DNA of 64,000 nucleotides from Basidiobolus meristosporus CBS 931.73. Taxonomy: Eukaryota > Fungi > Basidiobolomycota. The notes beneath the pieces were generated by a model. That model saw only the letters and a program-made list of their open reading frames with translations, was not told the origin of the DNA and made no database searches. Below are positions 49,861 to 61,831 of the stretch, piece after piece. Numbering within the stretch: position 1 is the first letter of the stretch; the number at the start of each line of letters is the position of its first letter. The stretch spans positions 1 to 64,000 of the forward strand of contig MCFE01000463.1 in assembly GCA_002104905.1 (NCBI GenBank), written 5' to 3'. Made by a program: the position numbers and the translations under genes.

Positions 49861-50930
49861 TGTGGTGGTGTATAAGTCCAAGGGAGAGATACGTCCAACA
49901 CTTCTCAAGTGTTTTGTGTGTGGGGTGTTCACTGGGTGCAATAACCTCTGGCAAAAGCTTGCTAGGAATACTTGGGTTCTGTCTCTAATCTAATGTGAAG
50001 GGGAATAAAGCCACAAGCTTGTCAAGGGAAAACTATTGAGCTACAATCCCCAACTTGGTTGGCGTCTTAACAAAAGTATGTGCTGGGTTCAGCGTCCTTT
50101 GAGATGACAATGTACTAAAGCTTCCAAAGTCAAAACAACTGTAAACTCCACCAGCAGGGACTTGATAAGAATGCAGCTGTGGTCAATAGTTACAAAGACA
50201 GAAAAGTATCTTTGCCTGTACAAGAACAAACTTGGGAAAGAAACAAATATGATAAAAGATACTTACTCTGAGTATTCCTCACAAGTAGTGCCTCCAAGGT
50301 CAGTTGGCTGTCAGCGCGGTTTCCTGGGAGTGTCCTGTGGTCTAGGGTTGGAAGTTCAGGTAGCAGCAGGTAGCAGTGATCACACTAATCAACAAGTTGG
50401 TATATTGATAAAAGGGATGATGATTTATTGTTGAGGGATAGCCTCCCTTATATACTTTTCTTACTGGCTAAGTGATTACTAATCATGGTGTTCCAGAAGG
50501 TTCCAGATATCAATATAAATCTCAATGACATCAGAATGATTTAAGAATGTTCTAAGTAGGTGCCAGAAGGTTCTCAGAGGCACAGCACATCCAACCAATC
50601 AGGAATCAGTATTCTGAAACCTGTGTAACATGGGGATACCATATATGGTATGGAAATGGTAGGGATGGTGACACGGGTTGATCATGTGTCACGGGTACTG
50701 GCGCGGGTACTTGCCTAATATAGAAGTACTTATAGCTAGTAATCTTACATAAAGTGAGGGGTAACTTATGCAATAAGGTAAGCAGGTGTGATAGTCATCT
50801 GGCTTATGGGATAGTACTGATTGGGTAAGACAAATGGGATAAAACTATATAAGTGTAGTAGAGATATAGGGAAGTAGAAAATAAGGGAATGAGCACATCT
50901 GTCAGTGGGTGTCACTGTCACCCCACTACA
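49861..50930 (-). repeat. Solo LTR, family 1b (1070 bp)
   Basis: Perfect GCGG/GCGG TSD; very similar to 13586-14656. Confidence 0.96.
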
Positions 50931-51290
50931 GCGGTGAAGCCTGCATATATGGGAAACACACCATAGATCTGTGTAGACCTATGTAAAATCCATTCTTAGG
51001 TGGTAAGAAGTATTTGATCCCTTTTGTTGATGCTTATACAAGATAATCATGGGACTATTTTGTAGAAAGGGAGGAAGAAGCTCTGTCTAAGCTCAGGGAG
51101 TTTAATACTATGGGGGAGAGAGAAACTGGTGAAAAAATAAAAAAAATATGCTCTGACAATGGTGGATAATATACCTTAAAACTACCTCAAAACTCTTAAT
51201 CCTTTTATACAAGATTCATGCAATAAAGCAAGAGACTACTCTACTATACTCCCCACAGCAAAATGAAGTATCAGAGCATGCAAATAGATG

Positions 51291-51609
51291 ATTAACCTAT
51301 ATAGCAATATCTGTGAGCCATGATCAAAATCATCCTCTGCGGGTTGGGTGGGATATTCCCCATATTGTTCAAATCAAAATAAACTTTGGCCTCCTGCTTA
51401 CTAAGCTTTACAAACACGTACACCTGCCTCAATTGACATACTTCTATCACCACAACTTTATGGCTTTTTGTTGTGGTACTTACAAAGTTGCCATATACCT
51501 TGTACTGCTGGTAACATATACATCTTGCAAACATATGCTTGGTTTCTGCCACTTCTGTCATGAGTACCTGCTGAATATCTACAAAGAACTTTTTGGTGTT
51601 TTGCCAATT
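51291..51609 (-). pseudogene. Probable C-terminal part of the CACTA transposase ORF
   Basis: Track ORF ...QQYKVYGNFVS...; it lies downstream, in coding direction, of the CACTA segment at 53921-54700. Confidence 0.5.
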
Positions 51610-53920
51610 GACTTGTTCCATTGAACTGTGCCAGGGTGCATGGTGCAATCTGCGGTCTCTAAGAAGAATTTGGCATAATATTGTAGCTACCTGTAGGCAG
51701 GATTGCTCTTGAACAATTTTGCACCATGTGGGACAAACTTGCACACTATTGCACAATCTGACACAATGAGGCTGACACAAATGATTGCACCAACTTGTAA
51801 TGCTTGCATCATATGTGCAATTGGATACCATTATTATAGTAGGTAAAATCTAGTATCTGGATATAATTCTTTAATATATATGAAAATAAATGTATATGAC
51901 ACTATATACTACACTGATACTTACCATTTTTATTATTGTCACTCCAATTGGATGGTATCTCAGTGGTTAATTGGTCCAAAAGTATCCTTAAGCTGTCAGC
52001 AATGGCATGGCCCTTGGCTAAGTTCAATGTGATGCTGCTTATTGATGCACCTTGGCCCACTCCAATGGACTTGTGTAGGATGAGTCCTATGTATATAGCT
52101 CTTGGAAGCCACTTAGCTCTACTAATATATCACATAATACATTAGTAATTTGAGGTAAAAACTCATTCAAATATCTTTGGTTCCCAAAGTCATTGCACAA
52201 ATGAATGCATCCAGCCTGCACTGAGCAAACTGCGTGCAAAATTGTTCCTGCACAGCTTCCTCATCATATCCCCTGACTCTCAGCTCATTCTTTATTTAAA
52301 TACTTGTCTTGCTATATATCTTCTTACATACATCCACTGGCATCTTGATGTAGAACTCATGCCACAGCTTTCTACTCAGGTTCTTCCATCTCTGTCCACT
52401 CTCCAAGGTATTTAGTTCTGCTAGATTAGTCAGTAGTGCCAGAATATCTGTATGAAGGCTCAACATAGACACTTGGGCCATACTGAGATCATTTGGCAAG
52501 AACTCAAACAAATCCAACATTGACATTTCTGGTCCGGACCGTGCTTGTGAGCAGGGGGATGGGTTTTGTCTGGGTTGTACCAAAGATAAGTTGAGACTTG
52601 GTATAGAGACCATAGTGACAGATTGGAATACTTATATAGTAGTGTTTTGGCATCAACCTGGTCTTATATGAAATATATATGAAAACTAATGAGATTTTTG
52701 AATTTTCCATATATTAGACTTGTTCCATTGTATAGTGCCACATTGAGCCATGGGTGCCAAATGATACCATAATGTGCCAAGGAGGCCAAGTGAGCCTAAG
52801 CCTGGCCACAGAGTGTGAAACACAGCTCTTCATCTTCATGCAAAGCAACCCCTGTGTCTTACCCACTGTGTTGGAGAAAATCCATTTTTTGCCCTTTTTT
52901 TTTGGATCAATGTTGTGCATGATGCATAAGTGCACAGAAGAATTGAAGACATGCACCTGGTATTCAATACCCATGGCACTCTAAATCTAGCTCCTGTAGC
53001 TTGTATGATGTCACAAAAATGCATGGCACTCTCTTGGTCCACTGGTACTATCTGGCACTGCAAGTGCTTTGTATAGGTCTTACTTTAGGGCTAATATTTA
53101 AATATTGTGCCAGATGGTACCAGTGGACCTAGATAGTCCCATGCATTTTTGTGACATGATACAAGCTACAGGAGCTAGATTCAGAGTGCCATGGGTATTG
53201 AATACCAGGTGCATGTCTTCAGTCCTTCTGTCCTCTTACACATCCTGCACAACACTGATCCAAAAAAAAGGTCAACAAATGGATTTTCTCCAACACAGTG
53301 GGTGAAACACAGGGGCTACTTTGCATGAAGATGCAGAGCTATGTTTCACACCCTGGGGCCAAGTTTAAGTCTGCTTTGCCTCTCTGGCACGCAATGGCAC
53401 TATATGGCATTCATGGCTCAATGTGGCACTACCCAACGGAACAAGTCTATTATGCATGATGCATCTTAGATTGCTTTGACACGGATTGGATCACATCAAT
53501 TTCAGATTTCCTATTTTATTATAGACTTGTGAGTAAAACATCAATAAGAATATCAAGTCATTGTTTGAGGATGATTTTTGCAACATAATGATGGGATACA
53601 TGGCAATTGATGGAAATTTAATCATAATGCATCAAGAATCAGATAAATAAATCTGATCACGCTAAATCAATTCAAATCACCTCAGCCCAATCATCTACCA
53701 ATTGTAATATGACTTACTCATCTGAATGGTCTTTTCTCATCAATCTCATCACTACCACAGGATTTCCTTTTGACACACAAGAGGAGATACCAGGTACTGT
53801 GGACCATCTACCTTAATCTACTCAAGGAAATCCCTTGTTAAGCTTCTCTGCTATTATAAGAACTATTGCCCTACAAGGTTTCCTCCCACCATGCATGGCA
53901 ACAAAAGTCCTACAAAAGCT
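51610..53920 (+). mobile_element. Harbinger-like element copy 3 (internal deletions), fused to CACTA sequence on the right
   Basis: ATT followed by GACTTGTTCC at the left end. It matches 7780-9130 of copy 1, including ORF2 (track 52296..52613) and the transposase N-terminus. Confidence 0.85.
52716..53448. mobile_element. Foldback MITE copy 3 (733 bp)
   Basis: ATT/ATT TSD; empty site CCATAT-ATT-ATG near 8651-8662. Confidence 0.95.
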
Positions 53921-54700
53921 GTAGATGTGTCAAGTTGGGATTAGAGATCTGCCTTGGGATAAAGGTTCCTATAATGTCCACAAATGACTCCCAGTGCTTC
54001 CAATGCACTCTTAGCAGGAATGGCCTCAGAATGCCACTTGAGCAAATGCATATTCAGCTCAGCCAGTCTTTGCATTTGTATTGTTGCATATGAGTATGAA
54101 TATCAGTTGGAGCATGTGAGAAGTACTTAGGGTAGTGGATGCTCTGTAATATCTTGCCAGTCTTTCAGATTTCTCTGGTACTTCAAAGGGCCCATTCAGC
54201 TTGAAATGCCCATGTACAACTTAGTCATCAGTATAGTAATATTGTTGAAAGTCAAATGCATTGCTCCCAGTGGAAAGCTTTTGCTCCAACAGATACTCTC
54301 TATCTAAAGTATCACTAGTTTCCAATTGATTCCATATTCTGGCCAATGATTTATAGCTTGCCAACTTTGCTGCAATTGCATGCTGACTTCTGTCCATTCT
54401 GCCGGTGGGAAGATGATGTTCTTAGTGTTGGTGTTTGGGTAATAATAATGTATGTAAGTTATGGAGAAAATCCCCTGGATCTCACATGTTTGACCTCAAT
54501 ACCATCCATTGTGCCTAGAAAAGCCAGCTATCTTGCTGATGGCTGGGGTTAGCCTAATGCAGAAACCAATAAGCACTTTGACATGAGGGTCATTTACTGT
54601 TTTCCTGCTGGAAAGTAGACAAAATTTTTCCCGCAATGGATACAGGGAGCTATCCTGGTTGGATTGTGATTTATGCCCAGATACCATTGAGACTACCATC
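53921..54700 (-). pseudogene. CACTA transposase fragment
   Basis: Homologous to 10549-11019 and 32100-32868. Confidence 0.8.
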
Positions 54701-55239
54701 AGATTCCATATAAATAAATATTAAGATGATCCCATCAAGAAGTCATCACAAAGTTAAAGTCCCATGACTAAAAGGTATTGATCCTGTCAGGACATCATCC
54801 AGAGAATGTTGAGAAATAGTTGCCCCCCAGATTTCACAAAAAACTTGTTCAAAATTTTTCATCACAATAATGTATAGGTGGCTTTTGATTGGTTCCCTGC
54901 CAATTTGTTCACTTTCTGATCCCAGACACTCTATTGCCTCCTACATTTGTGTGCATTGATTGGCTATTACCTCTTTTTCACACTCCTCACTTCATAACTC
55001 AACTGTTTCTCTTACTTTCCATGCTTACAAATTGATTTACTTTTGTTGAAGCTTCAGTTGCACCTCAATTACCAATTGTATTGACCTATACAAGTCCTTA
55101 TACCCTACACCTACCTTAAGCCCCACCCCACACTTATAAAGTAACTTCATTAAAATCCACCACTCAATAAGTATTTCTGCTATATTGCTCTGGTTCCACC
55201 ACTTTGTCAGGAACCCATCTGCTTTATGCCACTGTTCAC

Positions 55240-55935
55240 TCACTGCTTCTCACACATCCTGGTTCTCAGCCAGCACTGCAAGGTCCAGCCCCTTATCTGC
55301 CAGTCTTTGCAATAAATCCTTGCAATATTCCAGTGTGTTCTCTTGAGCACTGCTCTTGAAGAAGTGCTGCAACCTTTTTGTGTGCTTATTAATGTTCCAA
55401 AACTCCACTGAAGGCATTGTGATAGTCATTCAAGTTCTTGACATTGTAGCCTTGTCTGTCAGTGGGATCTCCACTCTGTCAACAATGGAGGATATGGAGG
55501 GTGTAGTAGACAAACTGCCTTTTTCAGCAAACTCATCTACCTTGATAGCATGTAGCTGAGCTGCCTGTGCTTCCAACTATTGTGAAAACAGCTGCTTGCT
55601 TGTTGGTAATTCTTCTTGGCTATGATGGGATTCAGTCTGTTCTGGGCTTGCAGTGTTAATTGGCAAGAACTGCAGTTTTTTTTGCATGCCTTCCTGTCTC
55701 AGACTTGGGTAGATGTTTTTCCCTTTACCTTTTCCTTTATCACCACCAGGTCTTTCACTGCTACTTTGTCTGAGTGCTTCTTGTATAGAACTATGCTTTC
55801 TCCTGGATAAATTCTGCTCTGACGCATATGATTTGGCCTGCTTGCCCATTGCTGGCACTCTTCTGGCAACCAGACATTTCTTTTCCGCTTGTTTTGAGCT
55901 CTCAACCATAGTTTCATGGGCTTCTCTAAAAGCGG
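55240..55935 (-). pseudogene. Fragment homologous to the plus-strand second-ORF region at ~39300-40150
   Basis: Shared QEAL.QSSSE.PG.DKG and EYCKDLLQRLADK segments. A further fragment lies at 25857-26093. Confidence 0.6.
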
Positions 55936-56926
55936 TGTAGTGGGGTGACAGTGACACCCACTGACAGATGTGCTCATTCCCTTATTTTCTACTTCCCTAT
56001 ATATCTACTACACTTATATAGTTTTATCCCATTTGTCTTACCCAATCAGTACTATCCCATAAGCCAGTTGACTATCACACCTGCTTACCTTATTGCATAA
56101 GTTACCCCTCACTTTATGTAAGATTACTAGCTATAAGTACTTCTATATTAGGCAAGTACCTGTGCCAGCACCCGTGACACATGATCAACCCGTGTCACCA
56201 TCCCTACCATTTCCATACCATATATGGTATCCCCATGTTACACAGGTTTCAGAATACTGATTCCTGATTGGTTGGATGTGCTGTGCCTCTTAGAACCTTC
56301 CGGCACCTACTTAGAACATTCTTAAGTCATTCTGATGTCATTAAGATTTCTATTGATATCCGGAACCTTCTGGAGCACCATGATTAGTAATCACTTAGCC
56401 AGTGAGAAAAGTATATAAGGGAGGCTATCCCTCTACAATAAATTGTCATCCCTTTTATCAATATACCAACTTGTTGATTAGTGTGATCACTGCTACCTGC
56501 TGCTACCTGAACTTCCAACCCCAGACCACAGGACACTCCCAGGAAACTGCGCTAACAGCCAACTGACTTTGGAGGCACTACTTGTGAGGAATACTCAGAG
56601 TAGGTATCTTTTATCATATTTGTTTCTTTCCCAAGTTTGTTCTTGTAAAGGCAAAGATACTTTTCTGTCTTTGTAACTATTGACCACAGCTGCATTCTTA
56701 TCAAGTCCCTGCTGGTGGAGTTTACAGTTGTTTTGACTTTGGAAGCTTTAGTACATTGTCATCTCAAAGGATGCTGAACCCAGCACATACTTTTTTTAAG
56801 ACGCCAACCATGTTGGGGATTGTAGCTCAATAGTTTTCCCTTGACAAGCTTGTGGCTTTATTCCCCTTCACATTAGATTAGAGACAGAACCCAAGTATTC
56901 CTAGCAAGCTATTGCCAGAGGTTATT

Positions 56927-57660
56927 AGACTTGTTCCGTTGGATAGTGCCACATTGAGCCATGAGTGCCATATAGTGCCACAGTGTGCCTGAGAGTTATA
57001 GCAGACCTAAACTTGGCCACAGAGTGTGGCATAGAGCTCTTCATATTCATGCAAAGCAGCTCCTGTGTTTCACCTACTGTGCAGGAGAAAATCAATTTTT
57101 TAACCTTTTTTTTGGGATCAAAATTGTGCATGACATAAAAGAGCACAGACAGACTGAAGATATGCATCTGGTACACAATACCCATGGCACTCTAAATCTA
57201 GCCCCACAGGCTTGTAGCATGTCACAAAAATGCATGGCACTATCTTGGTCCACTGGTACTGTCTGGCACTATAAGTGCTTTGTATAGGTTCTACTTTAGG
57301 GCTAATATTTAAATATAGTGCCAGATAGTACCAGTGGACCAAGATAGTGCCACGCATTTTTGTGACATGCTACAAGCCTGTGGGGCTAGATTTAGAGTGC
57401 CATGGGTATTGTGTACCAGATGCATATCTTCAGTCTGTCTGTGCTCTTTTATGTCATGCACAATTTTGATCCCAAGAAAAAGGTTAAAAAATTGATTTTC
57501 TCCTGCACAGTAGGTGAAACACAGGAGCTGCTTTGCATAAATATGCAGAACTATATGTCACACTCTGTGGCCAAGTTTAGGTCTGCTATGACTCTCAGGC
57601 ACACTATGGCACTATTTGGCACTCATGGCTCAATGTGGCACTATCCAACGGAACAAGTCT
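56927..57660. mobile_element. Foldback MITE copy 4 (734 bp), inside the LTR
   Basis: ATT/ATG flanks; the uninterrupted LTR reads GGTT-ATT-GCACCC. Confidence 0.93.
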
Positions 57661-57882
57661 ATGGCACCCAGTGAACACCCCACACACAAAACACTTGAGA
57701 AGTGTTGGACGTATCTCTCCCTTGGACTTATACACCACCACAAAATTGGCACCCAACATGGGGGGTTCATACAAGCTCCCTAGGACCCAACAAGATTTAC
57801 CTGAAGATTTGAGCTGTTATCCACCTATTTAAAAGAGACTACCAATATTACCAAGATTACAACACCAACCTACCTGCCCAAA

Positions 57883-59775
57883 ATGAACTCTATGCCATTA
57901 CCACTCTCACATGGAGCCACACAGTTTGATGGAAAGAATGTGGAAAGCTTCATATTCAAATGGGAGAAGCTCTGCAAGATGTGTAGCCTATCTGAACAAG
58001 AAATGGCTGAAGACTTCCCCTACTACTGCACCAATGATATTACCACTAAGCTTCTCAGACAAGGAGACATTCTCACTGACTGGGCCTTAATGAAGACCTA
58101 CCTACAGACCAAGTATGGTAGACCCCAGATATACTATGGAATTGAAGACCTCAGGCACTTTGGAAGAACTGGACTTTCCAAGCTACCACTTGAAGAGCTC
58201 ATTCAACAGTATGAAGATATGGCCAAGCCACTCCTAGAGTCCCAGGCTATAACTGAGTTTACCATGACACTTTACCTTGCACAAGGGCTTCCCCAGGACT
58301 TGGCAAGGAAAGTTGACTTACATGCAGCCAAGGATGACAAGTCTGGCATTCCTTGCTTTGCAGAGATGAAATGTGTTCTCCTAGAGGCAAAGCAAACTTC
58401 TACCTTTATGAGACTCCTGACATCTAATCTGCCAGACCAGTCAACCAAGGAGCCAAGGAGTGCTGCTGCTGACAATCAGACCTACGCTACCGACAGAATT
58501 GACCAACTTGCTGAACAGCTACAAAAGCTAGCCCTTAAGATTAATGGCTCAGCTCAGGTTGCTACTGAGGGACAAACACCTTTGCCCAGGCACTGCATCT
58601 GGTGTGACTCTACTCAGCATGCCAGACAAGAATGCTCAGAGCTTAGTCAGCTACTCAGAGAAGGAGCAGCACAGTTTGATGCTGATGGAATGCTTGCTGA
58701 CAAGGAAGGAAGAAGGATTCCCACTAATTTCCAAAGAGGAGGGATGAGAGCCCTTTTCCAGAAATCTGACTCAGCACCCAGAAAGCTTACTGCTGATGCC
58801 CCTATTGGGACTCATAAATTGAATCCAAGCAGCCCTGACAACAGACAATATGAAGTTGATGCCTTTGCTACCAAAAGACACCTCCCTGAAGAACCTGCCA
58901 AACCCATCCTTAGAAAACCACAATTCGAAGAACCTGAAGTTGTTATTGACAAGAGGCCTAGTATGCTGCCCACCCAAGATCCATTGCCTCACTTTCAGAT
59001 GACCTCAAAGATAGCAAGCTACTCAAGCCCTCAACTGATTACTGAGAAGCTGCTGAAGCAGAACCTCACTTTGTTGGTTGGAGAAATCATGAGTGTATCC
59101 CCATCTGTTAGGAAGACCTTTGATGAGCAGCTTAGAACAAGACAACAAGCTGTTGAACATATGGACACTCATATAATTCAGACAAACCGTGAAGACCACC
59201 AAAAGGATGACAACACTACTGAATATAAGACCTTTTACTCAGTTGCAACTGCTGTGGTGAAAGGGTATATATATGATGACCCTGTTGACTGCCATATTGA
59301 CAGTGGCTCAGAGATTTGTGTTATGCCACTAGACTTCTGGAAGACACTTAAAAGCAAGGAGCTACTGCCTGTTGATAGAGATATTGGATGGAACATGACC
59401 GATGCAAACTCAGGATCTAGTCCACTCTATGGTGTAGTACACAAGTTTCCTATTGAGGTACAAGGAATCAAGGTCTGGCTTCCCCTCTTCATCTGCCAGA
59501 AGGCAAACTTTGACCTTCTGCTAGGTAGACCATGGGAAACCAGTACTAAGGCTACAACCACCAACTATTCCAATGGGTCAGTATGGTACACCATACAAGG
59601 ATCCAATCCAGGACTACAGTCAACCTTCTGCGGTGTAACACCCAACAATAAGAGGACACATACTGCTTGCCAGAAGGCACATCTTGTTATGAAAGAAGAT
59701 GAAGAGCCTGACAATATACACCCCAACATTTGGAGCTGCTCATTAGGTATACAGGAGCAAACAGCTATGGTTTGA
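57883..59775 (+). CDS. gag: Gag-protease, 630 aa open frame ending at a probably mutational TGA
   Basis: Zinc knuckle, HIDSGSEICV and LLLGRPW motifs. It is in the same frame as pol at 60013. Confidence 0.9.
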   Translation: MNSMPLPLSHGATQFDGKNVESFIFKWEKLCKMCSLSEQEMAEDFPYYCTNDITTKLLRQGDILTDWALMKTYLQTKYGRPQIYYGIEDLRHFGRTGLSKLPLEELIQQYEDMAKPLLESQAITEFTMTLYLAQGLPQDLARKVDLHAAKDDKSGIPCFAEMKCVLLEAKQTSTFMRLLTSNLPDQSTKEPRSAAADNQTYATDRIDQLAEQLQKLALKINGSAQVATEGQTPLPRHCIWCDSTQHARQECSELSQLLREGAAQFDADGMLADKEGRRIPTNFQRGGMRALFQKSDSAPRKLTADAPIGTHKLNPSSPDNRQYEVDAFATKRHLPEEPAKPILRKPQFEEPEVVIDKRPSMLPTQDPLPHFQMTSKIASYSSPQLITEKLLKQNLTLLVGEIMSVSPSVRKTFDEQLRTRQQAVEHMDTHIIQTNREDHQKDDNTTEYKTFYSVATAVVKGYIYDDPVDCHIDSGSEICVMPLDFWKTLKSKELLPVDRDIGWNMTDANSGSSPLYGVVHKFPIEVQGIKVWLPLFICQKANFDLLLGRPWETSTKATTTNYSNGSVWYTIQGSNPGLQSTFCGVTPNNKRTHTACQKAHLVMKEDEEPDNIHPNIWSCSLGIQEQTAMV

Positions 59776-60012
59776 ACAAAATACAAGACAGTAGAACAGA
59801 AGATTAGACCATCACTTACCCCACTGACTGATGGATCTTGACCCGCTGATTACATTAGACCACCAGAAGAAACACCAGATGATATACGACTTACACCTGA
59901 GAGACTTGAGCAACTTATCATTGGTGATGGAAACCTAACACCAGAGGAGATACTATTATTCAAGGAGACCTTGAAAAGGCATGATAAGGTCTTCTGATAT
60001 AATGACAAGGAG

Positions 60013-61831
60013 ATGGGACTCTTAAAGACATTGGTTGAAAAACCCATCAAGATTCATACAGTGCCCCACACACCCTGGTCATTTAAGCCTTACCCACTGC
60101 CCAGAGGACTCCAAGCTGATGTGCATGACCTACTTAAGAAGAAGATAGAAGCCGGTATCCTAGAACCTTGCCATGGACCCTATGCTAACAGATGGTTTGT
60201 GACCAAAAAGAAGAATGGAAAGCTCCGATTCATTCAAGACATGCAACCTGCAAATGCTGTCACTATCAGAGATGCTGCTATACCTCCATCCATTGATGAC
60301 TTTGCAGAAAGCTTTAGTGGCCACTCCATCTACTCAACATATGATCTCTACTCAGGATATGACCAGATCCCCCTTGATGAAACATCAAGAGATATGTTTG
60401 CGCTACAGACACCATTTGGACTGTTAAGGATGACAAGACTCAGCCAAGGGGCTACAAACTCTGTGGCCCAGTTCCAGAGATGCATGGTAAACGTGCTGTA
60501 TCAGTTTATACCTGAGAGACTTGCTGTCTTTGTGGATGACATAGGCATCAAAGGACCAAAATTCCAAGACACCACTGAAGTTATGCCTGGAATAAGAAAG
60601 TTTGTCTATGACCATATTACAGACAATGATGCTATATTGGGAGCCATTGAAGAAGCTGGACTCACCATCAGTGGTGAGAAAAGCAGCTTTGGTGTATCAG
60701 AGATATCCATTGTTGGACAAAAATGCAACACCTTTGGTTGTTCACCTGGAGACTCCAAGACACAAAAGATATGCAACTGGCCTACCCCCACAAATCTCAC
60801 ACAAGCTTGTGGCTTTGTGGCTGCTTGTGGGTTCTTTAGGATCTGGATCCCAAGATTTTCTGAGATAGCAGAACCAATTTACCAACTACAGAGAAAGAAC
60901 ACCCCATTTATCTGGGGAGAAGAGCAAGAAGAAGCCATGCAATTACTGAAAGAGGCCTCAGTATCTCCACCAGTTTTAAGACCTCTTGACTATCAAAACA
61001 CTGAATGCCCACCTATTTTGACAGTGGATGCAAGCCCCATAGGAGCTGGAGCACTACTTGGACAAGATGATGAAGATGGCAACCACTATGCCTGCAGATA
61101 TGAGAGCTGCCTATTCTCTCCTAGAGAACAAAGATACTCACAGATTAAGAGAGAACTACTAGGAGTTGTGAAGATGCTGAGGAAACTGAAGTCACAACTC
61201 TACATGACACATTTTATCCTGGAGACAGATGCCAAGCCACTTATAGGAGTGATCAACAAGCCTGACCTACCTGATGATGCCACAAACCGATGGATGGCAT
61301 GGCTGAAAATGTTTGACTTTGAGGTCAAACATATCCCTGGCAAGACAAATGTTGTGGCTGATGCACTCTCCAGGAAGGGACCACAATTATTTGAAGACTT
61401 GGACCCTCACTTTGATGATATTGTTGATGCAGAGATCCGACAGATTGCCATCAAAGACCAAGAGAGAACTACCTGGAGTCTGATCAAGTAATATCTAAGG
61501 ACACTTAAGAAATCTAGTTGGATGGATATTCAGGAGTTTAGAAAACTCAGGAAGAAGGCACACCACTACTATCTTAAAGATGATCTTCTCTTTAAGCAAG
61601 TGAAGCCTGGACTTATGCCAAGAAGAATAGTCACTACCCCTCAAGAGCAACTGAACATCATGACAAGTATCCACCAAGGAGAACCAGGAGGACATAGAGG
61701 ACAAGAAGCCACATACAACACTACAGCTCAGAGGTACTACTGGGAAAACATGTATTATGATATCCAATACTTTGTTGAGTCATGTGTAGCCTGCCAGAAG
61801 AGATCCTCCAAGTGTTATGAAGAACCACCGC
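60013..61831 (+). pseudogene. pol: Pol: RT-RNase H (track ORF 60013..61491) and integrase N-terminus
   Basis: FVDD, TVDAS and HQGEPGGH...CVACQ motifs. Confidence 0.93.

Larger units (their letters stand above)
48000..51290 (+). mobile_element. Copia family 2, 5' half (LTR ending 48491, PBS, gag, PR, start of IN), decayed; left boundary approximate
   Basis: PBS GACTATGAGCCC at 48492; homologous to 21530-23330. Confidence 0.85.
55936..61831 (+). mobile_element. Second Ylt1-like Ty3/gypsy copy; 5' LTR 55936-57742 (contains a MITE); truncated in integrase by the family 2 element
   Basis: Left flank GCGG; Lys-type PBS; gag-PR and pol are highly similar to the copy at 462-7650. Confidence 0.95.
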
